This document shows, piece by piece, positions 50,211 to 59,266 of a stretch of 64,000 nt of DNA. How positions within the stretch are numbered: position 1 is the stretch's first letter; each line of letters begins with the position of its first letter. A model generated the notes under the pieces. The model worked only from the letters and a program-made list of their open reading frames with translations. It was not told the origin of the DNA and did not search any database. This stretch comes from an uncultured Bacteroidota bacterium (GTDB lineage Bacteria; Bacteroidota; Bacteroidia; Bacteroidales; UBA12481): assembly GCA_942493265.1 (NCBI GenBank), contig OW818688.1:4191147-4255146 (forward strand), read 5' to 3'. Made by a program: the position numbers and the translations under genes.

Positions 50211-50246
50211 TAATGCATTAAACAAATTTAATACGGGCTGTGCCTC

Positions 50247-50780
50247 ATGATTGAAAAAGGAGTGGAACTAATCTCATTCGGATATTTTGAGGATGATTTT
50301 CTCGAAAAGATTGCCCATTCCGTAGCCCGCGAGTATAATGTCCAGGTGCATTTCAGGGAAGGCCATTTTGATCTCAGTGAATTTTATGATCCCGCCCGAA
50401 GGCAATACAATGGCAATCTGCTGTTGCAGGAAGTTGACAGACAATATGCTGCAGAATCCTCGAAAACTTTCGGATTGTTTTATGTAGATCTGTTCATCCC
50501 GATTCTGACCTATATATTCGGACAGGCATTTTTGGGAGGAAGAACCGCGATTGCCTCGATTTACCGGCTCAGCAATGAGCGCTATGGATTAAGGGAATAC
50601 GAGGATCTTCTGCTGGAGCGGCTCACCAAGGAGGTTATCCACGAACTCGGGCACACTTTCGGGTTGATTCACTGTCATGTTCCGGCCTGTGTAATGGGTT
50701 CAAGCACCTATGTGGAAGATATCGACCAGAAGAGCCCGAACCTGTGCAGCAAGTGCAGGGAGGAGGTGCAGTTGTTATGA
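50247..50780 (+). CDS. Archaemetzincin-like zinc metalloprotease
   Basis: 177 aa. HELGHTFGLIHCHVPACVM...CSKC closely matches the archaemetzincin signature HEXXHXXGX3CX4CXM...CXXC. Confidence 0.7.
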   Translation: MIEKGVELISFGYFEDDFLEKIAHSVAREYNVQVHFREGHFDLSEFYDPARRQYNGNLLLQEVDRQYAAESSKTFGLFYVDLFIPILTYIFGQAFLGGRTAIASIYRLSNERYGLREYEDLLLERLTKEVIHELGHTFGLIHCHVPACVMGSSTYVEDIDQKSPNLCSKCREEVQLL

Positions 50781-50795
50781 ATCCCATGTTAAACA

Positions 50796-50861
50796 GTGTG
50801 AATTGTGTAACTTAATTGAATAATTGTGTAACACCAACAGGGCTTGCAATCATCATCTTTG
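50796..50861 (+). promoter_or_regulatory. Conserved 66-bp promoter/operator module, copy 1 (upstream of the AraC-family gene)
   Basis: GTGTGAAT-TG-TGTAAC, N10, AATTGTGTAAC, N24, CTTTG. The 11-mer AATTGTGTAAC occurs twice, 21 bp apart (50801 and 50822). The same architecture recurs at 54636 and 59267. Confidence 0.6.
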
Positions 50862-50888
50862 CCTGTTAGAGTATAAAAAAATGGAAAC

Positions 50889-51479
50889 TTGAAAATATTC
50901 ATCAAATATATGGTCAGCAACCGATGCATCATGGTGGTGAAGGAAGAATTGAAAAAACTCGGACTTCACTTTATCGTGGTAGACATGGGCGTGGTTGACA
51001 TTATGGAGGATATCACGAGCGATCAGAGGGAGCAGATCAGAACTTCGCTGATTAATTCCGGTTTGGAACTCATGGATGACAAAAAAGCAATGCTGATTGA
51101 GAAAATCAAATCGGTTATCATTGAAATGGTGCACCATTCGAATGAACTGATCAAAAGGAATTTTTCGGATTATTTAAGCGAAAAGTTGAATCATGATTAC
51201 ACCTATATGGCAAACCTGTTCTCCGAGGTACAGGGTACAACGATTGAGCATTTCATTATCTCCCATAAAATTGAAAGAATCAAGGAACTGATCATCTATG
51301 GCGAATTAAACATCACTGAGATTGCCTGGAAGATGAATTACAGCAGCGTAGCCCATCTGTCCAATCAGTTTAAAAAGGTAACAGGGCTTTCACCTTCCCA
51401 TTTTAAGAAATTGAAAGATAAGAGGAGAAATCCGATCGAGGACATAGGTTTACTGGAGCATCCGAACACACAAAACTAA
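50889..51479 (+). CDS. AraC-family transcriptional regulator (small N-terminal domain plus HTH_18)
   Basis: 196 aa with a TTG start, which gives the N-terminus MKIFIKYMVSNRCIMVVKEEL typical of this Bacteroidota AraC subfamily. AraC-type HTH (ITEIAWKMNYSSVAHLSNQFKKVTGLSPSHF). Confidence 0.8.
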   Translation: MKIFIKYMVSNRCIMVVKEELKKLGLHFIVVDMGVVDIMEDITSDQREQIRTSLINSGLELMDDKKAMLIEKIKSVIIEMVHHSNELIKRNFSDYLSEKLNHDYTYMANLFSEVQGTTIEHFIISHKIERIKELIIYGELNITEIAWKMNYSSVAHLSNQFKKVTGLSPSHFKKLKDKRRNPIEDIGLLEHPNTQN

Positions 51480-51480
51480 A

Positions 51481-54198
51481 ATGGACAAAACAATCACACC
51501 TCAGTCACAATACGCAAGCAGTTTGATCGAAGCCAGTCTGGACCCGCTAATAACAATCAGTCCCGTTGGAATTATCACTGATATGAACGGTGCCATGCTC
51601 AGCATCACAGGCATGACCCGCGAGGAACTCACCGGTACCGACTTTTTTGAATATTTTACTGAACCGGCAAAGGCCCGAAGGGTAATGCAGCTGGTTATTA
51701 CCAAAGGATTTGTTACTGATTCTCCCCTCACCCTTCGGCATGCGAACGGACGGCTGACCGATGTTTTGTTTAATGGTACAGTGTATAAGGATCGCGAAGG
51801 TATCGTTCAGGGAGTTATAATTGTAACGCGGGATATTGGCGAACAAAAATGGGCCATTGAGCTACTCAAAGCCAATAAAGAGCTTGCCTTTCAAAACCAG
51901 GTAAAAGAGAAGCGGGCCGCGGAGCTGGTGATCGCCAACAAGGAACTTGCTTTCCAAAACGATGAGAAAGAAAAGAGGGCAGCAGAATTGGTGATTGCCA
52001 ACAAGGAACTTGCTTTTCAAAATGACGAAAAAGGAAAGCGGGCTGCGGAGCTGGTGATTGCCAACAAGGAACTTGCCTTTCAAATCGGAGAAAAAGCAAA
52101 GCGCGCAGGTGAATTAGTTTTGGCGGATAAGGAGCTGGTCTATCAGAACAAGGAGAAGAAAAAGCAGGAAATTGCTACAATAGAGCTTAAAGCAGTCAGT
52201 AATTCAGCAAAACTCGACTCACAATATTCACGGAGCCTGATAGAAGCGAGTCTGGACCCGCTGTTCACGATCAATCTGGAAGGAAAAATCACTGATCTGA
52301 ATGATGCTTCTGCCAACATTACCGGTGTTTCCAGGGATAATTTAATCGGCTCGGACTTCTTCGACTATTTCACCGAACCTCAGAACGCACGTGAAGTGTA
52401 TCAGGAGGTATTTGCAAAAGGTTTTGTGGCAGATTATCCATTAACCATCCGGGACGGCAAGCTGACCGATGTTTTGTTCAACGGATCTGTTTATAAAAAT
52501 GACAGTGGCGACGTACAGGGAGTGGTGGTGGTTGCCAGGGACATAACCGATCAGAAAAGAAATGCCGCTGAATTAACTGAGGCGATTGTGTTTGCCGAGC
52601 TGGCAACAGGTTTTGCTGAGGAAGCCAAATTAAAAGCCGAAAGTGCCACGATTATTGCTGAAAATGCCGTGAAGGCCAAGCAGCAATTTCTTTCGAACAT
52701 GAGTCATGAGATCCGTACCCCGATGAATGCCATTATCGGATTTACGAAAGTTCTGCTTAAAACCGAACTCACATCCAAGCAAAATGAATACTTAACCGCC
52801 ATAAAAATGAGCGGCGATGCTTTAATCGTACTGATCAATGACATCCTGGACCTGGCAAAAGTTGATGCCGGAAAAATGACATTTGAGCAAACCCCATTCA
52901 AAATGGCCCTGTCGATATCAGCCATGCTCCATTTGTTTGAAACAAAAATCCAGGAAAAAAACCTGAAACTCATAAAGGAATACGACAGAAGGATCCCGGA
53001 GATATTGGTTGGTGACCCGGTTCGGTTACACCAGATCATATTAAACCTGGTTAGCAATGCCGTTAAATTCACAACCAAAGGATCTATTACGGTTGCGGTG
53101 CGTTTACTGAATGAAGATGAGGAGAAGGCAACCGTCGAATTCTCCGTTAAGGATACCGGTATAGGCATACCGGAAAATAAAATAGGAAAGATCTTTGAAA
53201 ATTTCCAGCAGGCATCAAGCGGAACCTCAAGGCTTTACGGCGGAACCGGTTTGGGCCTGGCCATTGTGAAGCAATTGGTGGAACCACAGGGAGGCACTAT
53301 TAAAGTTGTGAGCAAGATGGGTGAAGGATCGACCTTCAGCTTCATTCTGAACTTTCAGAAAACCACCGCTCAAACCCAGCTGGAATCGGAAATTGTAGAA
53401 CTCGACAGTGAAATCACCAACATCAGGGTGCTGGTTGTTGAAGACATTCCACTGAATCAATTATTGATGAAAACATTACTGGATGAGTTCAAATTTGAAT
53501 GTGAGATTGCTGGAAATGGTCAAATCGCCGTTGATAAGTTAATGGCTAATTCCTTTGATATCGTCCTCATGGACTTACAGATGCCTGAAATGAACGGATT
53601 CGAAGCTACGGATTACATCAGGGGCAAGTTGAAGTCGGATATCCCGATCATCGCCCTTACGGCCGATGTAACCACCGTTGACCTGGCAAAATGCAAGGCA
53701 GTGGGCATGAACGATTATATCGCAAAACCCGTTGACGAAAGATTACTGTACAGCAAGATTGTTGGACTGGTAAAAAATCCGAACCTCATTAAAACTGCTA
53801 AAATAGAGGACATGTGTACTGAAGATAACGAAAAGGTCCGGTGCATCGACCTCGATTACCTGACACACCGTACAAAATCAAATCCAAAGCTGATGGCGGA
53901 AATGATTGCAGCCTATCTGGAACAAACCCCTCCACTGATTTCAGCCATGAAAAAAAGTCTGGCCGAAAAAGACTGGAACCTGTTGTATTCAGCGGTTCAT
54001 AAAATGATTCCGTCATTTTCCATCATGGGAATCAGCATGGATTTCGAAATTATGGCCAAAACCGTTCAGGAATTTGCCAGCACGCAAAAACAGGCTGAAG
54101 GCATACCGGCTTTGGTTTTGAAACTAGAAAACATTTGCAATCAGGCTTGTGACGAATTAAATGAAGAGTTAACCCGTATAAATGAAACCAACTCATGA
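51481..54198 (+). CDS. Hybrid sensor histidine kinase: PAS, repeat linker, PAS, HisKA, HATPase, REC, HPt
   Basis: 905 aa with two PAS domains (SLIEASLDPL... appears twice). H-box FLSNMSHEIRTPMNAIIGF, HATPase (DTGIGI, GGTGLGLAIVK), REC (VLVVEDIPLN...LMDLQMPEMNG...KP) and a helical HPt-like C-terminus. Confidence 0.9.
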   Translation: MDKTITPQSQYASSLIEASLDPLITISPVGIITDMNGAMLSITGMTREELTGTDFFEYFTEPAKARRVMQLVITKGFVTDSPLTLRHANGRLTDVLFNGTVYKDREGIVQGVIIVTRDIGEQKWAIELLKANKELAFQNQVKEKRAAELVIANKELAFQNDEKEKRAAELVIANKELAFQNDEKGKRAAELVIANKELAFQIGEKAKRAGELVLADKELVYQNKEKKKQEIATIELKAVSNSAKLDSQYSRSLIEASLDPLFTINLEGKITDLNDASANITGVSRDNLIGSDFFDYFTEPQNAREVYQEVFAKGFVADYPLTIRDGKLTDVLFNGSVYKNDSGDVQGVVVVARDITDQKRNAAELTEAIVFAELATGFAEEAKLKAESATIIAENAVKAKQQFLSNMSHEIRTPMNAIIGFTKVLLKTELTSKQNEYLTAIKMSGDALIVLINDILDLAKVDAGKMTFEQTPFKMALSISAMLHLFETKIQEKNLKLIKEYDRRIPEILVGDPVRLHQIILNLVSNAVKFTTKGSITVAVRLLNEDEEKATVEFSVKDTGIGIPENKIGKIFENFQQASSGTSRLYGGTGLGLAIVKQLVEPQGGTIKVVSKMGEGSTFSFILNFQKTTAQTQLESEIVELDSEITNIRVLVVEDIPLNQLLMKTLLDEFKFECEIAGNGQIAVDKLMANSFDIVLMDLQMPEMNGFEATDYIRGKLKSDIPIIALTADVTTVDLAKCKAVGMNDYIAKPVDERLLYSKIVGLVKNPNLIKTAKIEDMCTEDNEKVRCIDLDYLTHRTKSNPKLMAEMIAAYLEQTPPLISAMKKSLAEKDWNLLYSAVHKMIPSFSIMGISMDFEIMAKTVQEFASTQKQAEGIPALVLKLENICNQACDELNEELTRINETNS
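51859..52173 (+). repeat. Five in-frame tandem 63-bp repeats encoding ELVIANKELAFQN(D/Q)EKEKRAA-type 21-mers
   Basis: Read directly from the sequence. The copies differ mainly at synonymous or conservative positions. They lie between the two PAS domains of the hybrid kinase. Confidence 0.9.
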
Positions 54199-54626
54199 GT
54201 AAAGAGAAAATAAAAATCTACCTGGTAGATGACGATGCTGTATTTTTAAAATCCCTGGAAATTGATTTCCTGCAGCATGCCGACTTTACGATTGAAACTT
54301 TTGCAACAGGTGAACTATGCATTGGGGCATTGTCGGACTCCCCCGACGTGATCATCCTGGACTATTTCCTTGACGGAATAGATAAGAATGCTATGAACGG
54401 GATTGAAACACTTGATAAAATCAAGGCATTCAACCCGGAAATTCCCGTTATCATATTGTCATGTCAGGACAAGATCGAAGTAGCGGTTAACTGCATGCAT
54501 CATTTGGCATTTGACTATGTTGTCAAGAGTGAAACGGCCTTTGTACGGTTACAAAAAATTATCACATCCATTTTCCGCCAACAAAAACTGGAAAAAGAAT
54601 TAAACTGGTACATGGATAGAATGTAG
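54195..54626 (+). CDS. Single-domain response regulator (CheY-like receiver)
   Basis: 143 aa with IYLVDDD, ILDYFL and a conserved K (VVKSE). No output domain. ATGA overlap with the hybrid kinase gene. Confidence 0.85.
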   Translation: MSKEKIKIYLVDDDAVFLKSLEIDFLQHADFTIETFATGELCIGALSDSPDVIILDYFLDGIDKNAMNGIETLDKIKAFNPEIPVIILSCQDKIEVAVNCMHHLAFDYVVKSETAFVRLQKIITSIFRQQKLEKELNWYMDRM

Positions 54627-54635
54627 CCCGCAGAT

Positions 54636-54701
54636 GTGTGAATGATGTAACTCTTTGCATCAATTGTGTAAGGGTTATGCACCCTGGCTGAATGATCTTT
54701 G
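54636..54701 (+). promoter_or_regulatory. Conserved 66-bp promoter/operator module, copy 2 (upstream of AI-2E / GH130 / GT4)
   Basis: GTGTGAAT-GA-TGTAAC, N10, AATTGTGTAAG, N24, CTTTG. Spacing is identical to copies 1 and 3. Confidence 0.6.
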
Positions 54702-54774
54702 CTTTTGTTAAACTTAACAGAAAGCATAGAGATCATGAAAGCGGACCCATTATCAACGCCAAATTCCGGAAGCC

Positions 54775-55884
54775 ATGCTTAGTCCGGAATTAAAATTGCC
54801 GTTTTATGCAAAGTCAACGATCTTCTTTGTCGGAATAATCGCCCTGACGATTATCCTGTATATCGGCAAAAGCATATTCGTACCGATCGTATTTGCAATC
54901 ATTATAGCGATTGTGCTGCATCCGGTGGTGAATTCCATGGTACGCCTGAAAATAAACAGAGTAATGGCAATCATTATCACCTTGCTGCTCACCGCATTAA
55001 TCCTGTTTGCATTTGTTTCCCTACTTGTATCCCAGGCCAGTCGGTTTACAGAAACCTGGCCCCTGCTGGTAGAAAAATTCAACGGCACCATTGACGAAGC
55101 AATCATCTGGGCATCAGCTAATTTTGATATCAATCCGGAGAAGAGCCACGAATGGATCGCGAAAACCACCGCAGAAATCGCCAATAGAAGTACGGCTGCC
55201 ATCGGACAAACGCTGGTCATTTTCGGAAGTGTGGTAGTGGTACTCTTTTTAATTCCGGTATATGTCTTTCTGATCCTTTTTTACCAGCCTATCCTGCGCG
55301 ATTTTATCCGGAGGCTTTTTGGTGAGAGTGATCAGGGACAGGTAAACCAGATTGTAACACAAACAAAGACAGTTATCCAGCGCTATCTGGTCGGACTGGT
55401 TATCGAGGCGGTCATTGTAGCCTTGCTGGACACGGCAGCGCTGCTGATTTTAGGAATCGACTATGCGATCCTTCTGGCCATCATTGCAGCTGTTTTAAAC
55501 GTCATTCCATACATCGGGGGACTTGTGGCGGTAGCTCTTCCCATGATGGTCGCACTGGCTACCAAATCGACGCCCATGTATGCCGTTTACGTACTGATCG
55601 CCTATTACATTATACAATTGATCGACAACAACTATATCGTACCCATGATCGTGGCCTCCAAAGTTAAAATCAACGCGCTATTCTCCATAATAGTGGTATT
55701 CGTGGGCAATGCACTGTGGGGCATTCCCGGCATGTTTCTTTCCATCCCCCTCCTGGCCATTCTCAAGCTCTTCTTCGACAATATTGATCCTTTAAAACCA
55801 TGGGGATTCCTGTTGGGCGACACCATGCCTTCCCTTTTGGAGATTAAACCGATTTTGAAAATAATTAAAAAGAAACCAGCATGA
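54775..55884 (+). CDS. AI-2E family transporter (PerM/YhhT-like permease)
   Basis: 369 aa polytopic protein with the typical AI-2E C-terminal region (IPYIGG..., FLSIPLLAILK). Confidence 0.8.
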   Translation: MLSPELKLPFYAKSTIFFVGIIALTIILYIGKSIFVPIVFAIIIAIVLHPVVNSMVRLKINRVMAIIITLLLTALILFAFVSLLVSQASRFTETWPLLVEKFNGTIDEAIIWASANFDINPEKSHEWIAKTTAEIANRSTAAIGQTLVIFGSVVVVLFLIPVYVFLILFYQPILRDFIRRLFGESDQGQVNQIVTQTKTVIQRYLVGLVIEAVIVALLDTAALLILGIDYAILLAIIAAVLNVIPYIGGLVAVALPMMVALATKSTPMYAVYVLIAYYIIQLIDNNYIVPMIVASKVKINALFSIIVVFVGNALWGIPGMFLSIPLLAILKLFFDNIDPLKPWGFLLGDTMPSLLEIKPILKIIKKKPA

Positions 55885-56924
55885 TCCAGGTAAAAAAAGA
55901 AGGAGTCATAATTTATAAAACGGATCTGGAATTTGAAAATGAGGGCGTTCTTAATCCCGCGGTAATCCGTGAAGGAGACTCCGTACATATGTTTTACCGG
56001 GCCGTGCAGCAAGGGAATCACTCAAGTATCGGCTATTGCAGGCTGGATGGCCCTTTAAACGTTGTTGAACGGTGGAACCAGCCGATGCTGGTGCCCGAAT
56101 TTGATTATGAAACGCATGGCGTTGAAGATCCAAGGATTACAAGAATTGATGATACCTATTACATGACTTACACAGCCTATGACGGGATTAATGCGAGAGG
56201 AGCCCTGGCGACTTCAAAGAAATTAAGTCACTTCAAGAAAAAAGGGATAATTGTTCCGCCGGTAACCTATTCCGAATTTGTGTTTCTGGCAGAATCAGCA
56301 GGTAAAGTGAACGAGAATTATTACCATAATCACAAGTTTTATTATCAGGCAGCAGATCCTGAAAAAAAAATAATGGTATGGGACAAAAATGTAGTGTTTT
56401 TCCCCCGCAAAATTCAGGGCCAGTTTGTTTTTCTGCACCGGATAAGGCCAGGTATTCAGATTGCATCAGTAAAAAGTTTAGCCGGACTCACCAAGGCATA
56501 TTGGGATGCTTACTTTCTCAATTTCCAGGATCATATTGTGCTGGATCCGATCCATCAGCATGAGTCAAGCTACATTGGAGGGGGGTGTCCACCCATTGAA
56601 ACCGAACATGGCTGGCTCTTAATATATCATGGGGTGGAAGAAACGGAAAGAGGGCTGGTTTATTCAGCTTGTGCAGCCTTGCTGGATCTTGAAAATCCTT
56701 CAAAGGAGATTGCCCGGCTGCCCTATGCGCTATTCTCTCCACAATATAAATGGGAAGTGAAAGGGGAAGTGAATAATGTTGTATTCCCAACAGGAACAGC
56801 AATATTCGGTGATACGCTGTTTATTTATTATGGTGCCGCCGATACCCAGATTGCCTGTGCTTCGGTTCGCTTAACTGAATTACTGGCCGAGTTACTAATC
56901 AATATATCAAAAAATGAAATTTAA
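55881..56924 (+). CDS. Glycoside hydrolase family 130-like protein (beta-mannoside phosphorylase/hydrolase family, DUF377-type)
   Basis: 347 aa with the GH130-like motifs GVEDPRI, YMTYTAYDG and YYGAADT. ATGA overlap with the transporter gene. Confidence 0.7.
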   Translation: MIQVKKEGVIIYKTDLEFENEGVLNPAVIREGDSVHMFYRAVQQGNHSSIGYCRLDGPLNVVERWNQPMLVPEFDYETHGVEDPRITRIDDTYYMTYTAYDGINARGALATSKKLSHFKKKGIIVPPVTYSEFVFLAESAGKVNENYYHNHKFYYQAADPEKKIMVWDKNVVFFPRKIQGQFVFLHRIRPGIQIASVKSLAGLTKAYWDAYFLNFQDHIVLDPIHQHESSYIGGGCPPIETEHGWLLIYHGVEETERGLVYSACAALLDLENPSKEIARLPYALFSPQYKWEVKGEVNNVVFPTGTAIFGDTLFIYYGAADTQIACASVRLTELLAELLINISKNEI

Positions 56925-59265
56925 AATCGATTCTCAACGCTTCGAGGAAGGGTTAAACATAACCGGTCCATCGTATCCTTATATAAATCAGATACATCCA
57001 GGCAAGAACATTTCCAAAACCAAATCAAACGCAGTACACGAAGAAAAAGGCGGAGTGGCTGGAATTCTGATGATAACTTCCTATCCACCGAGAGAATGCG
57101 GAATTGCCACCTATTCGCAGGATTTAATCAAATCAATTAAAAACAAATTCAGCAGTTCGCTATCGATAAAGGTTTGCGCCCTTGAATCGGGGACCGAGAG
57201 CTATTCTTATCCACGTGAAGTAAAATATACGCTCAATACCAGTGCAGAGGAGGATTTTGACAGCCTGGCCAATAAAATCAATATCGACAGCCAGATTGAC
57301 ATTGTTTTGGTCCAGCATGAATTTGGCTTTTACAAACTGCAGGAACAAAAATTCGAACAGTTACTGCAGCAGCTGACCAAGCCGGTTGTGATCGTATTTC
57401 ATACCGTATTACCCAATCCGGATCAACAGCTTAAAACTAAAGTCCGGAATATTGCAGCCGCATGCAGGTCAATTATTGTTATGACCAATAATTCCGCAGA
57501 ATTACTGAGCGGATCCTATGATATCCCAAAACAAAAAATAACAGTCATTTCTCATGGAACCCATCTGGTTCAGCACCTGAGCAAAAAATTCCTGAAGGCG
57601 AAATATGGATTCAAGGGGCGGAGCATCCTCACCACCTTTGGGCTGCTCAGTTCGGGCAAAAGCCTTGAAACAACATTGGATGCACTTCCGGCAATCATAA
57701 AAAACAGTCCGGAAATTCTATTTCTGATTTTGGGAAAGACTCATCCCGAGGTTGTGAAATCAGAGGGTGAAAAATATCGTAACAGTTTGATTGCCAAAAT
57801 AGCACTCAATAAACTGACTGATCACGTTAAATTTGTCAACTCCTATCTTGCCCTACCGGATTTGCTGGAATATCTGCAGCTAACTGATATTTACCTCTTT
57901 ACCACGAACGACCCCAATCAGGCGGTGAGCGGAACTTTTGCTTATGCAATGAGCTGTGCCTGCCCGATCATCTCCACACCGATTCCACATGCAAAAGAAG
58001 TTTTGACTGACGATACAGGAATTATTTTTGACTTCCGGAACTCAGAACAGCTGGCTCATGGTGTTATCAGATTACTGAATGATGAAACACTACGTAAAAA
58101 CATCAGTTCTAACGTTTTACATAAAATCGTTCCAACCTCATGGGAGAATTCAGCGGTTGCACATGCCAGCCTGTTTGAAAAGATTGCGGGAGAAAATTTC
58201 AAAATACAATATGATCATCCGGTAATAAACCTGGACCATCTGACCAGGATGACAACGGAATCCGGCATGATTCAATTCTCAAAAATCAACCAGCCGGATA
58301 TCCGGTCGGGTTATACCCTGGACGATAATGCGCGGGCACTTGTTGCATGCTGCATGAATTTCAAATTGACGGGTGATGAAGAGATGGTATTTGAAATTCA
58401 GAATTACCTCCGGTTCATCAAGCGTTGCCTGCAATCAGACGGAAGTTTCCTGAATTACATTGATTCATCCAACGTGTTCTCCAATCAGAATTTCACTGAA
58501 AACCTCGACGACGCAAACGGGCGTGCTGTTTGGGCCCTGGGCTACCTGATATCGTTAAAATCATTGTTACCTGCCGGAATCATTTCCGAAGCAGAAAAAA
58601 TCATTAAAAAATCGCTGAAACGCATTGGCAATGTGCACTCCACCCGGGCAATGGCGTTTGCCATTAAAGGGTTGTATTACTATCAGGGCACCGTACCGTC
58701 AGCTGAGAATGTGAGTCTCATAAAAACATTTGCCGATCGTTTGCGCGAGATGTACAGACATGAATCCAATGAAAAATGGGAATGGTTTGAAGCCTATCTT
58801 ACTTATGCCAACAGCATTCTGCCTGAAGCCATGCTAATGGCATGGCTGGTTACAGGAAAGACTGATTATAAAGACATTGCGATACCGTCGCTCAGATTTC
58901 TTTTGCAACAAACATTTAAGGAAAAATGGATTGAGGTCATTTCGAACAAAAACTGGCTGCAAAAGGGTCAGGAAGCGAAACATTCAGGTGAACAGCCGAT
59001 TGATGTTGCCTACACCGTTATGACATTAGGCCATTTTTACGATGCCACCGGGGACCCGGCTTACCTGGCGAAAATGAAAATTGCATTCTCCTGGTTTTTA
59101 GGGAACAACAGGTTAAATCAGATTATTTATAACCCCTGCACCGGGGGCTGTTATGACGGTCTTGAGGATACCCATGTTAACCTGAATCAGGGTGCTGAAT
59201 CCACGGTAAGTTACCTCATGGCACGATTATCGGTCGAAAAATATCAGAAACATGATCCGGCATGA
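56914..59265 (+). CDS. GT4-family glycosyltransferase fused to a ~330-aa C-terminal domain of unknown function
   Basis: 783 aa. The N-terminal half has the GT4 layout (ILMITSYPPRECGIATYSQDL ... EPNQ-like region FTTNDPNQAVSGTFAYAM). The C-terminal half (from about TTESGMIQFSKI) is unassigned. 11-nt overlap with the GH130 gene. Confidence 0.7.
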   Translation: MKFKIDSQRFEEGLNITGPSYPYINQIHPGKNISKTKSNAVHEEKGGVAGILMITSYPPRECGIATYSQDLIKSIKNKFSSSLSIKVCALESGTESYSYPREVKYTLNTSAEEDFDSLANKINIDSQIDIVLVQHEFGFYKLQEQKFEQLLQQLTKPVVIVFHTVLPNPDQQLKTKVRNIAAACRSIIVMTNNSAELLSGSYDIPKQKITVISHGTHLVQHLSKKFLKAKYGFKGRSILTTFGLLSSGKSLETTLDALPAIIKNSPEILFLILGKTHPEVVKSEGEKYRNSLIAKIALNKLTDHVKFVNSYLALPDLLEYLQLTDIYLFTTNDPNQAVSGTFAYAMSCACPIISTPIPHAKEVLTDDTGIIFDFRNSEQLAHGVIRLLNDETLRKNISSNVLHKIVPTSWENSAVAHASLFEKIAGENFKIQYDHPVINLDHLTRMTTESGMIQFSKINQPDIRSGYTLDDNARALVACCMNFKLTGDEEMVFEIQNYLRFIKRCLQSDGSFLNYIDSSNVFSNQNFTENLDDANGRAVWALGYLISLKSLLPAGIISEAEKIIKKSLKRIGNVHSTRAMAFAIKGLYYYQGTVPSAENVSLIKTFADRLREMYRHESNEKWEWFEAYLTYANSILPEAMLMAWLVTGKTDYKDIAIPSLRFLLQQTFKEKWIEVISNKNWLQKGQEAKHSGEQPIDVAYTVMTLGHFYDATGDPAYLAKMKIAFSWFLGNNRLNQIIYNPCTGGCYDGLEDTHVNLNQGAESTVSYLMARLSVEKYQKHDPA

Positions 59266-59266
59266 T

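Noticed and set aside
51862-52099. Two antisense ORFs (73 and 77 aa) with internally repetitive sequence. The regular 63-bp repeats might also superficially suggest a CRISPR-like array.
   Set aside because: The repeats are contiguous, with no spacers, and are in frame within the hybrid kinase, where they encode a conserved 21-residue unit. The antisense ORFs are artefacts of that repeat.
54735-54782. A 15-codon upstream ORF (MKADPLSTPNSGSHA) overlapping the AI-2E start codon.
   Set aside because: It shows no codon enrichment or downstream structure suggestive of attenuation. It is short enough to arise by chance and cannot be supported without conservation data.
56361-56370. An A9 homopolymer inside the GH130 coding sequence, considered as a possible phase-variation site.
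   Set aside because: It encodes Glu-Lys-Lys-Ile within a Lys-rich, AT-rich context. No other sign of contingency-locus behaviour can be seen from a single sequence.
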